DNA of 64,000 bases from Alphaproteobacteria bacterium (GCA_030427405.1 JAUHXK010000008.1:181645-245644); one strand, 5' to 3'. Shown: positions 1 to 11,239, counted from the first letter of the stretch. Notes: generated by a model not told the origin, from the letters alone. A program made the numbers and translations.

Positions 1-189
1 GGGCAACTCGATGAAACGATGGCCGTGTCTGATGGCGATGTCGTTCTGGTGCCGCGCGGGCATCACCCATGTGGCGCGCCTTATGGGTTCGAGATGTATT
101 ACCTCAACGTCATGGCAGGACCGCTGCGCAAGTGGCGTTTCGTGCCCGCGCCGCCCGTCGAATGGATCATGGAGCGCGATGCAAAATGA
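1..189 (+). CDS. iolB: 5-deoxy-glucuronate isomerase (IolB family), C-terminal part only; runs off the left edge
   Basis: Frame 1 reads GQLDETMAVSDGDVVLVPRGHHPCGAPYGFEMYYLNVMAGPLRKWRF..., an IolB-type C-terminus; TGA at 187-189 overlaps the next ATG (ATGA). Confidence 0.8.
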   Translation, partial: GQLDETMAVSDGDVVLVPRGHHPCGAPYGFEMYYLNVMAGPLRKWRFVPAPPVEWIMERDAK

Positions 190-941
190 CCGGTTTTGCG
201 CGCTATCCCAGTCTGAAGGACAAGACGGTCATTGTGACTGGCGGTGCCGGTGGGATCGGTGCGCTGACGGTCCGCGCCTTTGCCGAGCAGGGCGCCCGGG
301 TCGGGTTCGTCGACATCAACGCAGCGGCGGGGGCCGAGCTTTTGGCCGATTTGGACGGGCCTCATGCCTTTGCGCAATGCGACCTGCGTGACGCCGAGGC
401 GTTGCGCGGGGCCTTCGCGCACCTCAGCGATCAGTTGGGAAACGCGCATGTCCTGGTCAACAATGCCGCCCATGACGATCGCCACGATTGGCGCGAGGTG
501 ACACCCGAGTATTGGGACGAGCGTATGGCGACCAATATCCGCCATATGTTCTTTGCGATTCAATCGGTTGCCCCGGCAATGATTGAACGGGGCAGCGGTT
601 CGATCATCAATCTGGGATCGAATTCGTGGTGGGAAGCGGGGGCGGGGTTCCCGGCCTATGCGACGGCGAAATCAGCGGTTCACGGCTTGACCCGAACCAT
701 GGCGCGTGAATTGGGCGACCACCGCATCCGCGTGAACACCGTTGTTCCCGGCTGGATCATGACAGACCGCCAGAAAGAGCTTTGGGTCACGCCCGAGGCG
801 CTGGCAAAGCAGGTTGACCGCCAATGCCTGCCTGATCCGATCGACCCGGTCTATGTTGCCCGGATGGTCCTGTTCCTGGCCTCGGATGACGCGGCCATGT
901 GCAGCGCCGGCAATTTCATGGTTGAAGGCGGATCAATCTAG
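186..941 (+). CDS. SDR family NAD(P)-dependent oxidoreductase resembling XylB-type aldose dehydrogenases
   Basis: TGGAGGIG, NNAAHDDRH and YATAK motifs; ATG at 186 coupled to the upstream stop. Confidence 0.85.
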   Translation: MTGFARYPSLKDKTVIVTGGAGGIGALTVRAFAEQGARVGFVDINAAAGAELLADLDGPHAFAQCDLRDAEALRGAFAHLSDQLGNAHVLVNNAAHDDRHDWREVTPEYWDERMATNIRHMFFAIQSVAPAMIERGSGSIINLGSNSWWEAGAGFPAYATAKSAVHGLTRTMARELGDHRIRVNTVVPGWIMTDRQKELWVTPEALAKQVDRQCLPDPIDPVYVARMVLFLASDDAAMCSAGNFMVEGGSI

Positions 942-951
942 ACCCGTTGCA

Positions 952-971
952 GGCCCCGGTTCGCCGGGGCC
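952..971. terminator. GC-rich hairpin between convergent genes
   Basis: GGCCCCGG-TTCG-CCGGGGCC, perfect 8-bp stem; no clear U-tract. Confidence 0.55.
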
Positions 972-1004
972 GTGCTGTACCGATCCGGCGAGCCGGGATC
1001 AACC

Positions 1005-1844
1005 TCAGCGCTGCGGCGGCGCGCCAAACGTCCGCAGGACGGTACGGGCGGCCTTTTCAACGGGCGCAAGCGTATCCTTCAGGATCGTGACCCGGTCGAA
1101 CCGGCTGGGGTCGCTGTTCACCGCGTCGCGCAGCGCGGTGCCAAAGGCCATGCGCAGTTCGGTGCCGATATTGAACTTGCAAATGGAGGTTTCACGGGCC
1201 AGCCGCGCGCGTTGTTCCACAGGCACGCCCGAGCCGCCGTGAATGACCAGCGGAATATCGGTGGCGGCGTCGATCAGGCGGATTCGATCCTCGTCCAAAC
1301 CGCCTTCCTTGTTTTGCTGAAGGTGCACATTTCCGACCGAGATTGCCATGGCGTCAACCCCGCTGTCGCGGGCGAATTGCGCGGCTTCGTCAGGGTCTGT
1401 GCCAGCTGAATTCTCGCCGCCGGAATAGCCGACAAACCCGATTTCACCTTCGCAGGAAATACCCGCGGCGTGCGCCATTTCGGCTATCGCCGCTGTTTCG
1501 TCGATATTCTGCTGCAGCGGTTTGCGCGATCCGTCAAACATCAGCGACGTGAAACCGCTTTCAAGCGCCTGCTTGCATTCCTCGAACGTATAGCCGTGAT
1601 CCAGATGGGCGACGACAGGGACCGAGGCCCCCTCGGCCAGGTGGCGGAACATCTTGCCAAGAACGGGTAGGGGCGTGTGCTCGCGGCAGCTTGGCCCCGC
1701 CTGCAGGATCACGGGCGCGTTTTCCGCCTCGGCGGCGGCAACATAGGCGCACATATCTTCCCATCCAAGGGTCACAAGGCCGCCAACGGCATAGCCTTTT
1801 TCATAAGCGGGGGTCAGGACATCCGAGAGTGTGGCCAGGGTCAT
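1005..1844 (-). CDS. Class II fructose-bisphosphate aldolase family (IolJ-like)
   Basis: HLDHG, MFDGS, EGEIG, GNVH and VIHGGSG zinc/substrate motifs; ATG at 1844 overlaps the upstream stop. Confidence 0.85.
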   Translation of the reverse strand: MTLATLSDVLTPAYEKGYAVGGLVTLGWEDMCAYVAAAEAENAPVILQAGPSCREHTPLPVLGKMFRHLAEGASVPVVAHLDHGYTFEECKQALESGFTSLMFDGSRKPLQQNIDETAAIAEMAHAAGISCEGEIGFVGYSGGENSAGTDPDEAAQFARDSGVDAMAISVGNVHLQQNKEGGLDEDRIRLIDAATDIPLVIHGGSGVPVEQRARLARETSICKFNIGTELRMAFGTALRDAVNSDPSRFDRVTILKDTLAPVEKAARTVLRTFGAPPQR

Positions 1845-2677
1845 TTGAACTTTGCAATCATATCCTTGATGCCCGGGATCGTTTCGATCTGATAGGCATG
1901 GGTGGGTTGGAAATACTGAACCAGCGAACGTTGGCTCAGGCCGCCCAGAATGGTGAAATAGTACATCTCGTATCCGGGCAGCACGCAGCAGGGGTGGTAG
2001 CCCTTGTCGATGCAAACGGTTGACCCGTCGACGATGTGATAGGCGTCGCCTGGGGCGTTGTCTTCGCGCTGCAACATCTGCAGACCCGATCCCCATTTGG
2101 GTTTGAAACGGAAGTTATAGGTCTCGTCATGGCGGGTTTCGTCGGGCAGGCGGTCGGTGTCGTGCTTGTGGCTGGGAAAGCCGGACCATCCGCCCTGTCC
2201 GACGGTATACAACTCGCTGACCAGCAGGCGCCCGACCTTGTCGCTTTGTTTCTGGCCGAGTATGTGCTTGATCTTGCGATGGGTTTTCGTGTCGTCGCTG
2301 CCGTATTGAACCAGGTCATGGTTCCGAACATCGAACGGGTCCAGAACCTTGTCGTATTTTGCGCCCGCGACAAAGATTTCGGCCGCGTCGGATACACAGA
2401 CCATTTGTGCCTTGGCCCCAACAGGCACATAAACACCTTCGGGTTCGCCGTCCCAAACGTCTTCGCCCCGGTTTCCCAGCGCGGCAAACGCGACGCCTTC
2501 GATATCGACATCGACGGTGCCCGTGGCTGGCACGATGCAGGTCTCGTATCCCGGCACCTGGTATTCGAAGGCTTCGCCTTTTTTCAGTTTGACGATGTTA
2601 AAATAATTCAGCGGCACCGTGGGGTCACCGGCGTCGACGATCGGGCTGTTTTTGTTGTCAAATGGTGCAATATGCAT
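1841..2677 (-). CDS. iolB: 5-deoxy-glucuronate isomerase (second IolB-family paralogue)
   Basis: GGWSGFPSHKHD, HDETYNF and KGYHPC cupin motifs. Confidence 0.8.
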   Translation of the reverse strand: MHIAPFDNKNSPIVDAGDPTVPLNYFNIVKLKKGEAFEYQVPGYETCIVPATGTVDVDIEGVAFAALGNRGEDVWDGEPEGVYVPVGAKAQMVCVSDAAEIFVAGAKYDKVLDPFDVRNHDLVQYGSDDTKTHRKIKHILGQKQSDKVGRLLVSELYTVGQGGWSGFPSHKHDTDRLPDETRHDETYNFRFKPKWGSGLQMLQREDNAPGDAYHIVDGSTVCIDKGYHPCCVLPGYEMYYFTILGGLSQRSLVQYFQPTHAYQIETIPGIKDMIAKFK

Positions 2678-2680
2678 GGG

Positions 2681-3673
2681 TTACTCCTGATCCGGTGCTG
2701 TCGGTCCCGGGTGGGATGCAAGAAAAGCGTCCAGTTCCGATGTGGTGGGCATTGCTGGCGCGCAGCCGGGTTTGGACACGACGATCGACGCACAGGCCGA
2801 TCCCCGCATGACGGCGGTTTCCAGATCATGGCCCGCCGCGATCGAGGCAAGAAGACCTGCCATGAAACTGTCGCCCGCGCCGTTCGGCTTGACCGCTGTC
2901 ACGGGGTAAATGCCCGTGTGGATCTTTTGCCCGTCGACCAGGGTAACCGCGCCCTTTTCACCCATTTTATATATCACAATGCGGCCGGGCTTTTGTGCAA
3001 GTTCTTGCGCCTTGGCAAAACCCTTGTCGATACCGCCAGCCATGAACCCGAACTCTTCGTCATTGCCGACGATCAGGTCGCTTTGTTCCCCGGCGCGCGA
3101 CAGGACCTCGGCCGCTATGTCGGGCGATGGCCAGCTGTAGGGGCGGTAGTCGATATCGAAGATCACCGGCAATCCGACCGCACGGGCGTTGTCAAAGGCC
3201 CGGAACGTCGCGCTGCGCGATGGTTCGGCGGCAAAGACGGTTCCGGCCGAGATTATGGCAGAGAACCGGTCATACGCGACCTTGTCCATGTCGTCTTGGG
3301 TGACTTCGAAGTCGACCGCTCCATTTCTGTAGATGACGTTCTGAAAGTCCTCGATCCGGCTTTCGTAAACCGCCAGCGACGTGCGAAACTCTCCGCCGAC
3401 CATCCGAATGAATGAGGTATCGACCCCGTAGTGCCGAAGGCGGTTCAGGCAAAACCGGCCAACCGCGTCGTCTGACACCGACGTCACCAGCGAAGACCGG
3501 CACCCCAGTTTGACAAGCCCCGCGCAGATATTGGCGGATGAACCACCAAGATCGGCCCGGAAACTCTCGGCGTCTTCGCTTTTGACACCGATCGGGTCGG
3601 CGAACATGTCCATTCCCGCGCGTCCGAATACCGCAAAACGGCCGCCGGTGATTCCGTCAATCAGCGCGCTCAT
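2681..3673 (-). CDS. iolC: 5-dehydro-2-deoxygluconokinase, PfkB family (short form, 330 aa)
   Basis: GRAGMD, GGSSAN, DIDYRP and NGAGDSF motifs; lies in the iol context. Confidence 0.8.
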   Translation of the reverse strand: MSALIDGITGGRFAVFGRAGMDMFADPIGVKSEDAESFRADLGGSSANICAGLVKLGCRSSLVTSVSDDAVGRFCLNRLRHYGVDTSFIRMVGGEFRTSLAVYESRIEDFQNVIYRNGAVDFEVTQDDMDKVAYDRFSAIISAGTVFAAEPSRSATFRAFDNARAVGLPVIFDIDYRPYSWPSPDIAAEVLSRAGEQSDLIVGNDEEFGFMAGGIDKGFAKAQELAQKPGRIVIYKMGEKGAVTLVDGQKIHTGIYPVTAVKPNGAGDSFMAGLLASIAAGHDLETAVMRGSACASIVVSKPGCAPAMPTTSELDAFLASHPGPTAPDQE

Positions 3674-3863
3674 GTCGCGGTTCCGGTCGCGGCGGGGACG
3701 TGGGGCGTCCGAACAATCGGTCGATGGGTGTGGCAACAAAGCACGATAAGCTGCCGATTTCGTGCAAATCGAGGAAGGCGCATTTCGGTTTGGAAACCTC
3801 CGTTAAAAGCCCGGCGAGCAGTCGATTGAATCTTGCATTGCGATCCCTCGCACGATACAGATT

Positions 3864-3879
3864 TTGCAACCGGTTGCAA
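3864..3879. promoter_or_regulatory. LacI-type operator
   Basis: Perfect palindrome TTGCAACCGGTTGCAA in the divergent iolC/dehydrogenase gap; near-identical copy at 7273-7288. Confidence 0.75.
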
Positions 3880-3901
3880 CACTATCTTGGGAGGGGTAGG
3901 A

Positions 3902-5005
3902 ATGCCCGAAATCGGAATTGGCATCATTGGTGGCGGTTACATGGGCAAGGCGCATTCCGTCGCCATGTCCGCAGTGGGCGCGGTGTTCAACACCGGCCTG
4001 AGGCCCCGTCTTGAAATGATCTGTGCCACTACGCCGGAAAGTGCCGAACGCTATCGCGTGGCCTATGGGTTCGCGCGTGGAACCGATGACTGGATGGAGC
4101 TGGTCCGCGATGACCGCGTCGAGGCTATCGTGATTGCCTCGCCCCAAAGCACGCATCGCCCCATCGCCGAAGCCGCAATTGCACTGGGCAAGCCGGTGCT
4201 GTGTGAAAAACCGCTTGGCGCGTCGCTTGCAGACAGCCGGGCAATGGTGGATGCGGCCGAGGCTGCCGGTGTGGTCAACATGGTCGGGTTCAACTATATC
4301 CGCACACCGGCCAGTCAGTTCGCGCGCCGCTTGATTGCCGACGGCGAAATTGGCGATGTCACGTGGTTCCGCGGTGAACACACCGAGGACTTTCTTGCAG
4401 ACCCCGACGCGCCGGCGACGTGGCGCACGCAGGGGGTGGCCAACGGAACTATTGGCGATCTGGCGCCGCATATGGTCAATGGCGCGCTGGCCCTGATTGG
4501 TCCGATTGCCGAAGTGATGGCCGATATCGAGACCGTCCACCGGACCCGTCCCGGCGGCGACGTTACCAATGACGATCATGCCCAGGTCATGTGCCGGTTC
4601 GAGGGCGGGGTCATGGGCAATCTGTATTTCAGCCGCGTGGCCACAGGGCGAAAGATGGGCTACGCCTACGAGGTTTCCGGGACCAAGGGCTCCATTCGGT
4701 TCGATCAGGAGGATCAGAACGCTTTGTGGCTGTATCGGCGCGAAGGCCCCGAGGCATCGCGCGGGTTCACCAAGATCCTGACCGGCCCGGCGCATCCCGA
4801 TTACGAGCCGTTTTGCCAGGGACCCGGCCACGGCACCGGTTATCAGGACCAGATCATCATCGAGGCCAAGGACTTCCTGCAGGCCATTGAAACCGGCCAG
4901 CAGGTCTGGCCCACGTTTCGGGATGGGCACGCGGTGAATTGTGTGCTTGCCGCCGCGCTGAAATCTTCTGAAACGCGCCAGTGGCAAAGCGTGTTGAACG
5001 ACTAA
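3902..5005 (+). CDS. Gfo/Idh/MocA family oxidoreductase
   Basis: GGGYMG, CEKP and GFNY motifs; GGAGG upstream of the ATG at 3902. Confidence 0.85.
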   Translation: MPEIGIGIIGGGYMGKAHSVAMSAVGAVFNTGLRPRLEMICATTPESAERYRVAYGFARGTDDWMELVRDDRVEAIVIASPQSTHRPIAEAAIALGKPVLCEKPLGASLADSRAMVDAAEAAGVVNMVGFNYIRTPASQFARRLIADGEIGDVTWFRGEHTEDFLADPDAPATWRTQGVANGTIGDLAPHMVNGALALIGPIAEVMADIETVHRTRPGGDVTNDDHAQVMCRFEGGVMGNLYFSRVATGRKMGYAYEVSGTKGSIRFDQEDQNALWLYRREGPEASRGFTKILTGPAHPDYEPFCQGPGHGTGYQDQIIIEAKDFLQAIETGQQVWPTFRDGHAVNCVLAAALKSSETRQWQSVLND

Positions 5006-5058
5006 CTTCCAACCATGCCTCGGGGCTGTTCCGGGGTCTCTTCGAGAAAGATATATCG

Positions 5059-6192
5059 ATGGCAAAGCTGAAATGGGGAATGATTGGCGGCGGGGAAGGC
5101 AGCCAGATCGGGCCAGCGCATCGCCTTGGCGCGCTTGCCGATGGCAGGTTCGAATTCGCGGCCGGTGCATTGGATCATCGTCCCGAAGCAGGCCGCGCCT
5201 ATGCCCGGCAACTGGGTATTCCGGCAGATCGTGCCTATGGCGACTGGCAAGAGATGCTGGCCGGTGAAAAAGGTCGCGACGACAAGGTCGATCTTGTTAC
5301 GATCGCGACGCCGAACTCGACCCACTTCGAGATCGCAAAAGCCTTTCTTGAGGCCGGGTTCAACATCCTGTGCGAAAAGCCAATGACCATGACAGTGGAA
5401 GAGGGCGAAGAGATCGTTCGGGTTGCGGAAGCCTCGGGCAAGATCTGCGCGGTCAATTACTGCTATTCCGCTTATCCTATGGTGCGCCAGGCCCGCGCCA
5501 TGGTGCGGGCAGGCGAGTTGGGCAAGGTGCGCCTGGTCGTGACCAATTTCAGCCACGGTCATCACGGCGATGCGACAGATGCCGACAACCCGCGCGTGCG
5601 TTGGCGCTATGACCCGGCTATGGCGGGTGTATCGGGCCAATTCGCCGATTGCGGTATCCACGCGCTGCACATGGCGAGCTTTGTCTGTGATGACGAGGTG
5701 AAATCCCTGTCCGCAGACATGGCCTCGACGATTTCCAGCCGCGTTCTGGAAGACGACGCGATGGTGAATTTCCGAACCGAAAAAGGCACAGTCGGGCGGT
5801 TGTGGACCTCGTCGGTTGCCATCGGGCGCCAACACGGGTTCGACATTCAGATTTTCGGCGAGACCGGCGGGCTTCGCTGGGCCTCGGAACAGCCCAATCA
5901 GCTGATCTATACTCCGGTCGGCGGCCGCACGCAGATCATCGAAAAAGGCGAGGGGGGCTTGCATGCTGACGCCCAGCGTCTGTCGCGGGTGGCCATTGCC
6001 CATCCCGAGGGTTTTCCCTTGGCGGTGGCCAACCTGTATTGCGACCTGGCGGATGCCATTCAGGGCGAAACCCGCGATGGGCTGCCGACCGCACCTGACG
6101 GGGTCCGGTCGATTGCGGCGGTTCATGCCGCCGTTGCATCGGCGAAGGACGCAGGCCAATGGCACGACGCGCGCCCGCCGATGTTTCGGTGA
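5059..6192 (+). CDS. Gfo/Idh/MocA family oxidoreductase
   Basis: GMIGGGEGSQIG, TPNSTH, CEKP and DCGIH motifs. Confidence 0.85.
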   Translation: MAKLKWGMIGGGEGSQIGPAHRLGALADGRFEFAAGALDHRPEAGRAYARQLGIPADRAYGDWQEMLAGEKGRDDKVDLVTIATPNSTHFEIAKAFLEAGFNILCEKPMTMTVEEGEEIVRVAEASGKICAVNYCYSAYPMVRQARAMVRAGELGKVRLVVTNFSHGHHGDATDADNPRVRWRYDPAMAGVSGQFADCGIHALHMASFVCDDEVKSLSADMASTISSRVLEDDAMVNFRTEKGTVGRLWTSSVAIGRQHGFDIQIFGETGGLRWASEQPNQLIYTPVGGRTQIIEKGEGGLHADAQRLSRVAIAHPEGFPLAVANLYCDLADAIQGETRDGLPTAPDGVRSIAAVHAAVASAKDAGQWHDARPPMFR

Positions 6193-7191
6193 TCAGGGGC
6201 GGGGCCTAAGGGTGCCCCGCTCGACCACCCGGCAGGGGAATATCCGTGCTTCGGGATAACGGTGCGCCTGCTTCAGCATTGCTTCGACCAGATCGACGGA
6301 TGCGTGCACGATCTGCTTGATCGGCTGGTGGATGGTGGTCAGGTCAATGCTTTCCCATCGCGACATCGCCATGTCGTTCAGTCCAATGATGCCGATATCC
6401 CGTCCGGGTTTCAGCCCATGGTCGGAAAGCGCCGACAGGGCGCCGATCGACAGGATGTCGTCGCCGCAAAAATACGCCTCGGCGGGGGTTCCGGCCAACA
6501 GACGCAGCATCTCGTCGCGCCCGGCCTGGAACGAATATGCCTCGGCAAAACTGTCGCTCACCTCGATCCCGGGATGCTTGCCGATTTCTTCCAGAAATCC
6601 GCGATGCCGGTCCAGCGCCGATGTCGCGCTTTTGGGGCCGCCCAGATAGCCAAGGCGTTCATAGCCACGCGAGATCAGTTCCCGGGCGGCCATACGGCCA
6701 CATTCAACATTGTCGATCCCGACCACATTGATCTCGGGTGAGGTCGCCGAGCGGCCAAATGTGTGGACCACCGGAACGCCAGCGTCGTGGAACGCCTTGG
6801 CAAAACTTGCGGGCAGGGTCGAGGACGCGACGATGGCGGCGTCCACCGAATATTGCCGCAGCATCCGAACCGAGTTCGCAGGCTCGGTCTCGTCGGTCAG
6901 GTTGACGATCAGAGGGCGCAAGCCGCGTTCCTGTAACGCGCAGGTGAACCGATCGAAAACCTCTAGGAAGATCGGGTTGTGAAAATTGTTGGAGATCAGG
7001 CCGATCAGTTTGGTCCGCCCCGTCGTCAGCGAAGACGCCAGCGCATTCGGGCTGTAGCCAAGCTCCTTGGCGGCTTTTTCAACCTTGCTGCGCGTCTTGG
7101 CCGAAACCGACGCGCCTTCGGTAAAAGTGCGTGACACGGCCGAGCGCGACACGCCCGCAAGGTTTGCGACATCTTTCAGGGTGACGCTCAT
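6193..7191 (-). CDS. LacI family transcriptional regulator
   Basis: N-terminal HTH VTLKDVANLAGVSRSAVSRTF followed by a periplasmic-binding-like domain. Confidence 0.92.
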   Translation of the reverse strand: MSVTLKDVANLAGVSRSAVSRTFTEGASVSAKTRSKVEKAAKELGYSPNALASSLTTGRTKLIGLISNNFHNPIFLEVFDRFTCALQERGLRPLIVNLTDETEPANSVRMLRQYSVDAAIVASSTLPASFAKAFHDAGVPVVHTFGRSATSPEINVVGIDNVECGRMAARELISRGYERLGYLGGPKSATSALDRHRGFLEEIGKHPGIEVSDSFAEAYSFQAGRDEMLRLLAGTPAEAYFCGDDILSIGALSALSDHGLKPGRDIGIIGLNDMAMSRWESIDLTTIHQPIKQIVHASVDLVEAMLKQAHRYPEARIFPCRVVERGTLRPRP

Positions 7192-7272
7192 TTGAGTTGC
7201 CCGCCGCAACGGGACGCGGTGCTGTAGTCGGTTGTCTTCATGGTCAGAACACTATGCATGTTTGCAATATTG

Positions 7273-7288
7273 TTGCAATCGGTTGCAA
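7273..7288. promoter_or_regulatory. LacI-type operator, probably autoregulatory
   Basis: TTGCAATCGGTTGCAA (15/16 identical to 3864-3879), with an extra TTGCAA half-site at 7262-7267. Confidence 0.7.
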
Positions 7289-7481
7289 AGATTTGTTCCG
7301 CAACGGCGCGCGGCGTAGTTTTCTGGCTTGGATATCGCCATTTTCGCGGTGGTCAAAAAATAACCAACTAGAAAATATTTGCACGCAAAACAGGCATAGC
7401 CGCCGGATGTCGCGTTGCCAGCGATGCCCGACGATGCACGTCCTGCACGTCGGTGAGACACATTTTCGGGAAACGCTTTGC

Positions 7482-8330
7482 ATGGGGCCTCTGATTACTG
7501 ACCTTCCGACCATATCCTCTGGTGATGCCAATGCGCCGCCGCGCGCGATCGGTTCGGTGCATCTTAGGACCAAGCGGACTGGTGACAGGACCGTTCTGGA
7601 CAGGTTTCGTCAATCCGGGTCCCTGAAATGCCTGTTTCCGCGGTCGCGTGGCGCGGGCCTTGATACGGTACTCTTGAACACAGCCGGAGGGGTCACGGGC
7701 GGCGATACGATGCGAACGGCGGTGCATGTGGCCTCGGGCTGCGATCTGACGGTGACGACACAGGCATGCGAGCGCGTTTACAAGGCGCGGCCGGGGCCAA
7801 TGGGCCGCGTGCGCAACCGCCTGACGGTGGACGCTGGCGCGCGGCTCAACTGGTTGCCGCAGGAAACGATCCTGTTCAACGCAAGTGCATTGAACCGCCG
7901 TTTGACCGTCGACTTGTCGGCCGGGTCCGAATTGCTTTTGGTTGAACCGCTGGTTTTCGGACGCGCGGCCATGGGGGAAACGCTGACGGACATCCGGTTT
8001 GCGGACCGCGTGGAAATCCGCCGCGACGGCGAACCCGCCTTTCTGGACGTAACTGCATTTGACGGTGACCTGCAGGCCCATCTGGCGCGTCCCTTCGTGG
8101 CGGGCGGTGCCGGTGCAATGGCGCTTGCGGTTTTCGCCTCGCCATCGGCCGAAGGTCAATTGGCCACGGTTCGCGGCCTTTTACCGACCAGCGGCGGGGC
8201 AAGCCTGCTTGACCGTGACCTCATGGTGATCCGCCTTTTGGCCGACGATAGTTTTGAACTCAGGCAAACCCTGCTGCCACTGCTGCGGTGCCTGAACTAC
8301 CAGGAAATTCCAAGATGCTGGATGATGTGA
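7482..8330 (+). CDS. ureD: Urease accessory protein UreD
   Basis: [22 protein letters not shown] and WLPQETILF motifs; start codon uncertain. Confidence 0.88.
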   Translation: MGPLITDLPTISSGDANAPPRAIGSVHLRTKRTGDRTVLDRFRQSGSLKCLFPRSRGAGLDTVLLNTAGGVTGGDTMRTAVHVASGCDLTVTTQACERVYKARPGPMGRVRNRLTVDAGARLNWLPQETILFNASALNRRLTVDLSAGSELLLVEPLVFGRAAMGETLTDIRFADRVEIRRDGEPAFLDVTAFDGDLQAHLARPFVAGGAGAMALAVFASPSAEGQLATVRGLLPTSGGASLLDRDLMVIRLLADDSFELRQTLLPLLRCLNYQEIPRCWMM

Positions 8331-8331
8331 C

Positions 8332-8634
8332 ATGAACCTTTCCCCCCGAGAAAAAGACAAGCTGCTGGTCGCAATGGCGGCAGAGGTTGCCCGCAAGAGG
8401 TTGGCCCGAGGTGTCCGGCTGAACCATCCCGAAGCGATCGCACTGATTACGGATGCGGTGGTGGAAGGTGCCCGCGACGGCCGGTCGGTGGCCGACCTGA
8501 TGGAGGCGGGGGCGCATGTCGTGTCCGCAGACCAGTGCATGCAGGGCATCCCCGAGATGATCCACGAAGTTCAGGTCGAGGCGACGTTTCCAGACGGAAC
8601 CAAGCTTGTCACCGTTCACAACCCGATCCGCTGA
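8332..8634 (+). CDS. ureA: Urease gamma subunit
   Basis: [11 protein letters not shown]...LNHPEA...[17 protein letters not shown]. Confidence 0.97.
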   Translation: MNLSPREKDKLLVAMAAEVARKRLARGVRLNHPEAIALITDAVVEGARDGRSVADLMEAGAHVVSADQCMQGIPEMIHEVQVEATFPDGTKLVTVHNPIR

Positions 8635-8646
8635 AGGAGATTTAGG

Positions 8647-8814
8647 ATGAAATACCTGCTGACCGCAGTCGCCTCGTTGATGTCCAGCCCGGTTCTGGCC
8701 CATGAAGGCGCGCATCTGCATCCGCACGGGATGGATATCACGCTGAGCGCCGTTCTGCTGGCCGCTGTCGCCGTTCTGGGGGCCGCCGTTTATTGGGGGG
8801 TAAACCGGAAATGA
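8647..8814 (+). CDS. 55-aa protein: signal peptide, His-rich motif, one TM helix (HupE/UreJ N-terminus-like)
   Basis: [55 protein letters not shown]; GAAGGAG upstream; stop overlaps the ureB ATG. Below the ORF-track length cutoff. Confidence 0.75.
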   Translation: MKYLLTAVASLMSSPVLAHEGAHLHPHGMDITLSAVLLAAVAVLGAAVYWGVNRK

Positions 8815-9137
8815 TCCCCGGAGAGGTGATGACCGCAAAGGGTGATCTGGTCCTGAATGCAGATCAGGCGGTTACGGTACTTCGGGTCGCAAATACCGGC
8901 GACCGACCCGTGCAAGTCGGCAGCCACTATCATTTTGCCGAGGCCAACCCGCGCCTTGATTTCGATCGCGATGCCGCGCTTGGCATGCGTCTTGATATCG
9001 CCGCGGGAACCGCTGTCCGGTTCGAGCCGGGCCAGGTGCGCGAGGTGCGTCTGATCCCGATTTCGGGTGCGCGCATCGTTTACGGTTTCAACCAGCGTGT
9101 CATGGGGCCGCTGCCGGCCCTGCAAGAAAAGGGTTAA
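8811..9137 (+). CDS. ureB: Urease beta subunit
   Basis: MIPGE...[15 protein letters not shown]...GTAVRFEPG. Confidence 0.97.
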   Translation: MIPGEVMTAKGDLVLNADQAVTVLRVANTGDRPVQVGSHYHFAEANPRLDFDRDAALGMRLDIAAGTAVRFEPGQVREVRLIPISGARIVYGFNQRVMGPLPALQEKG

Positions 9138-9140
9138 AAC

Positions 9141-10850
<1,710 letters not shown>

Positions 10851-10980
10851 TGAAAAATGTCGCTGCATTGCAGCAAGCGCAATCCGGCCATGACGAAACA
10901 ACCCCTTCTAAGCGAGGAAAAAATGTCGAAATATGAACCACAAGGGAGCAGCAACGTAACCAAAGTTACCGAGGGTTCGA

Positions 10981-11205
10981 ATGGCACATACACTGAAAAT
11001 CACCCAAACCGGCATTTCTATCGGCGGGCTTCTGTCGTCGATCGGCGAGTACATCTTCTCAGCGATGATGAAGGTTGCAGAGGCAAACTCGCGTTCGAAG
11101 GAAATCGAGTTCCTGCGCGCACTCAGCGACGAAGACCTGGCCAAGCGCGGCCTGACACGCGACCGGATCGTACAGCACGTTTTTGCCGACCGGATGGTCT
11201 TTTAA
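10981..11205 (+). CDS. Small DUF1127-like protein (74 aa)
   Basis: C-terminal LRALSDEDLAKRGLTRDRI resembles the DUF1127 signature; GAGGG upstream. Confidence 0.65.
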   Translation: MAHTLKITQTGISIGGLLSSIGEYIFSAMMKVAEANSRSKEIEFLRALSDEDLAKRGLTRDRIVQHVFADRMVF

Positions 11206-11239
11206 GGCAACAAGCACACAGTTCTGAGGAGGCGCTGTC

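Noticed and set aside
2036-5170. Long ORFs 2036-3415 (+) and 3803-5170 (-)
   Set aside because: They overlap motif-supported genes on the opposite strand; typical high-GC shadows. The same applies to most other overlapping ORFs in the track, such as 52583-54037 and 39234-40337.
7324-7400. Possible sigma54 (GG-N10-GC) and NtrC-like (TGCAC...) sites upstream of ureD
   Set aside because: Only the minimal dinucleotides or one half-site match; expected by chance.
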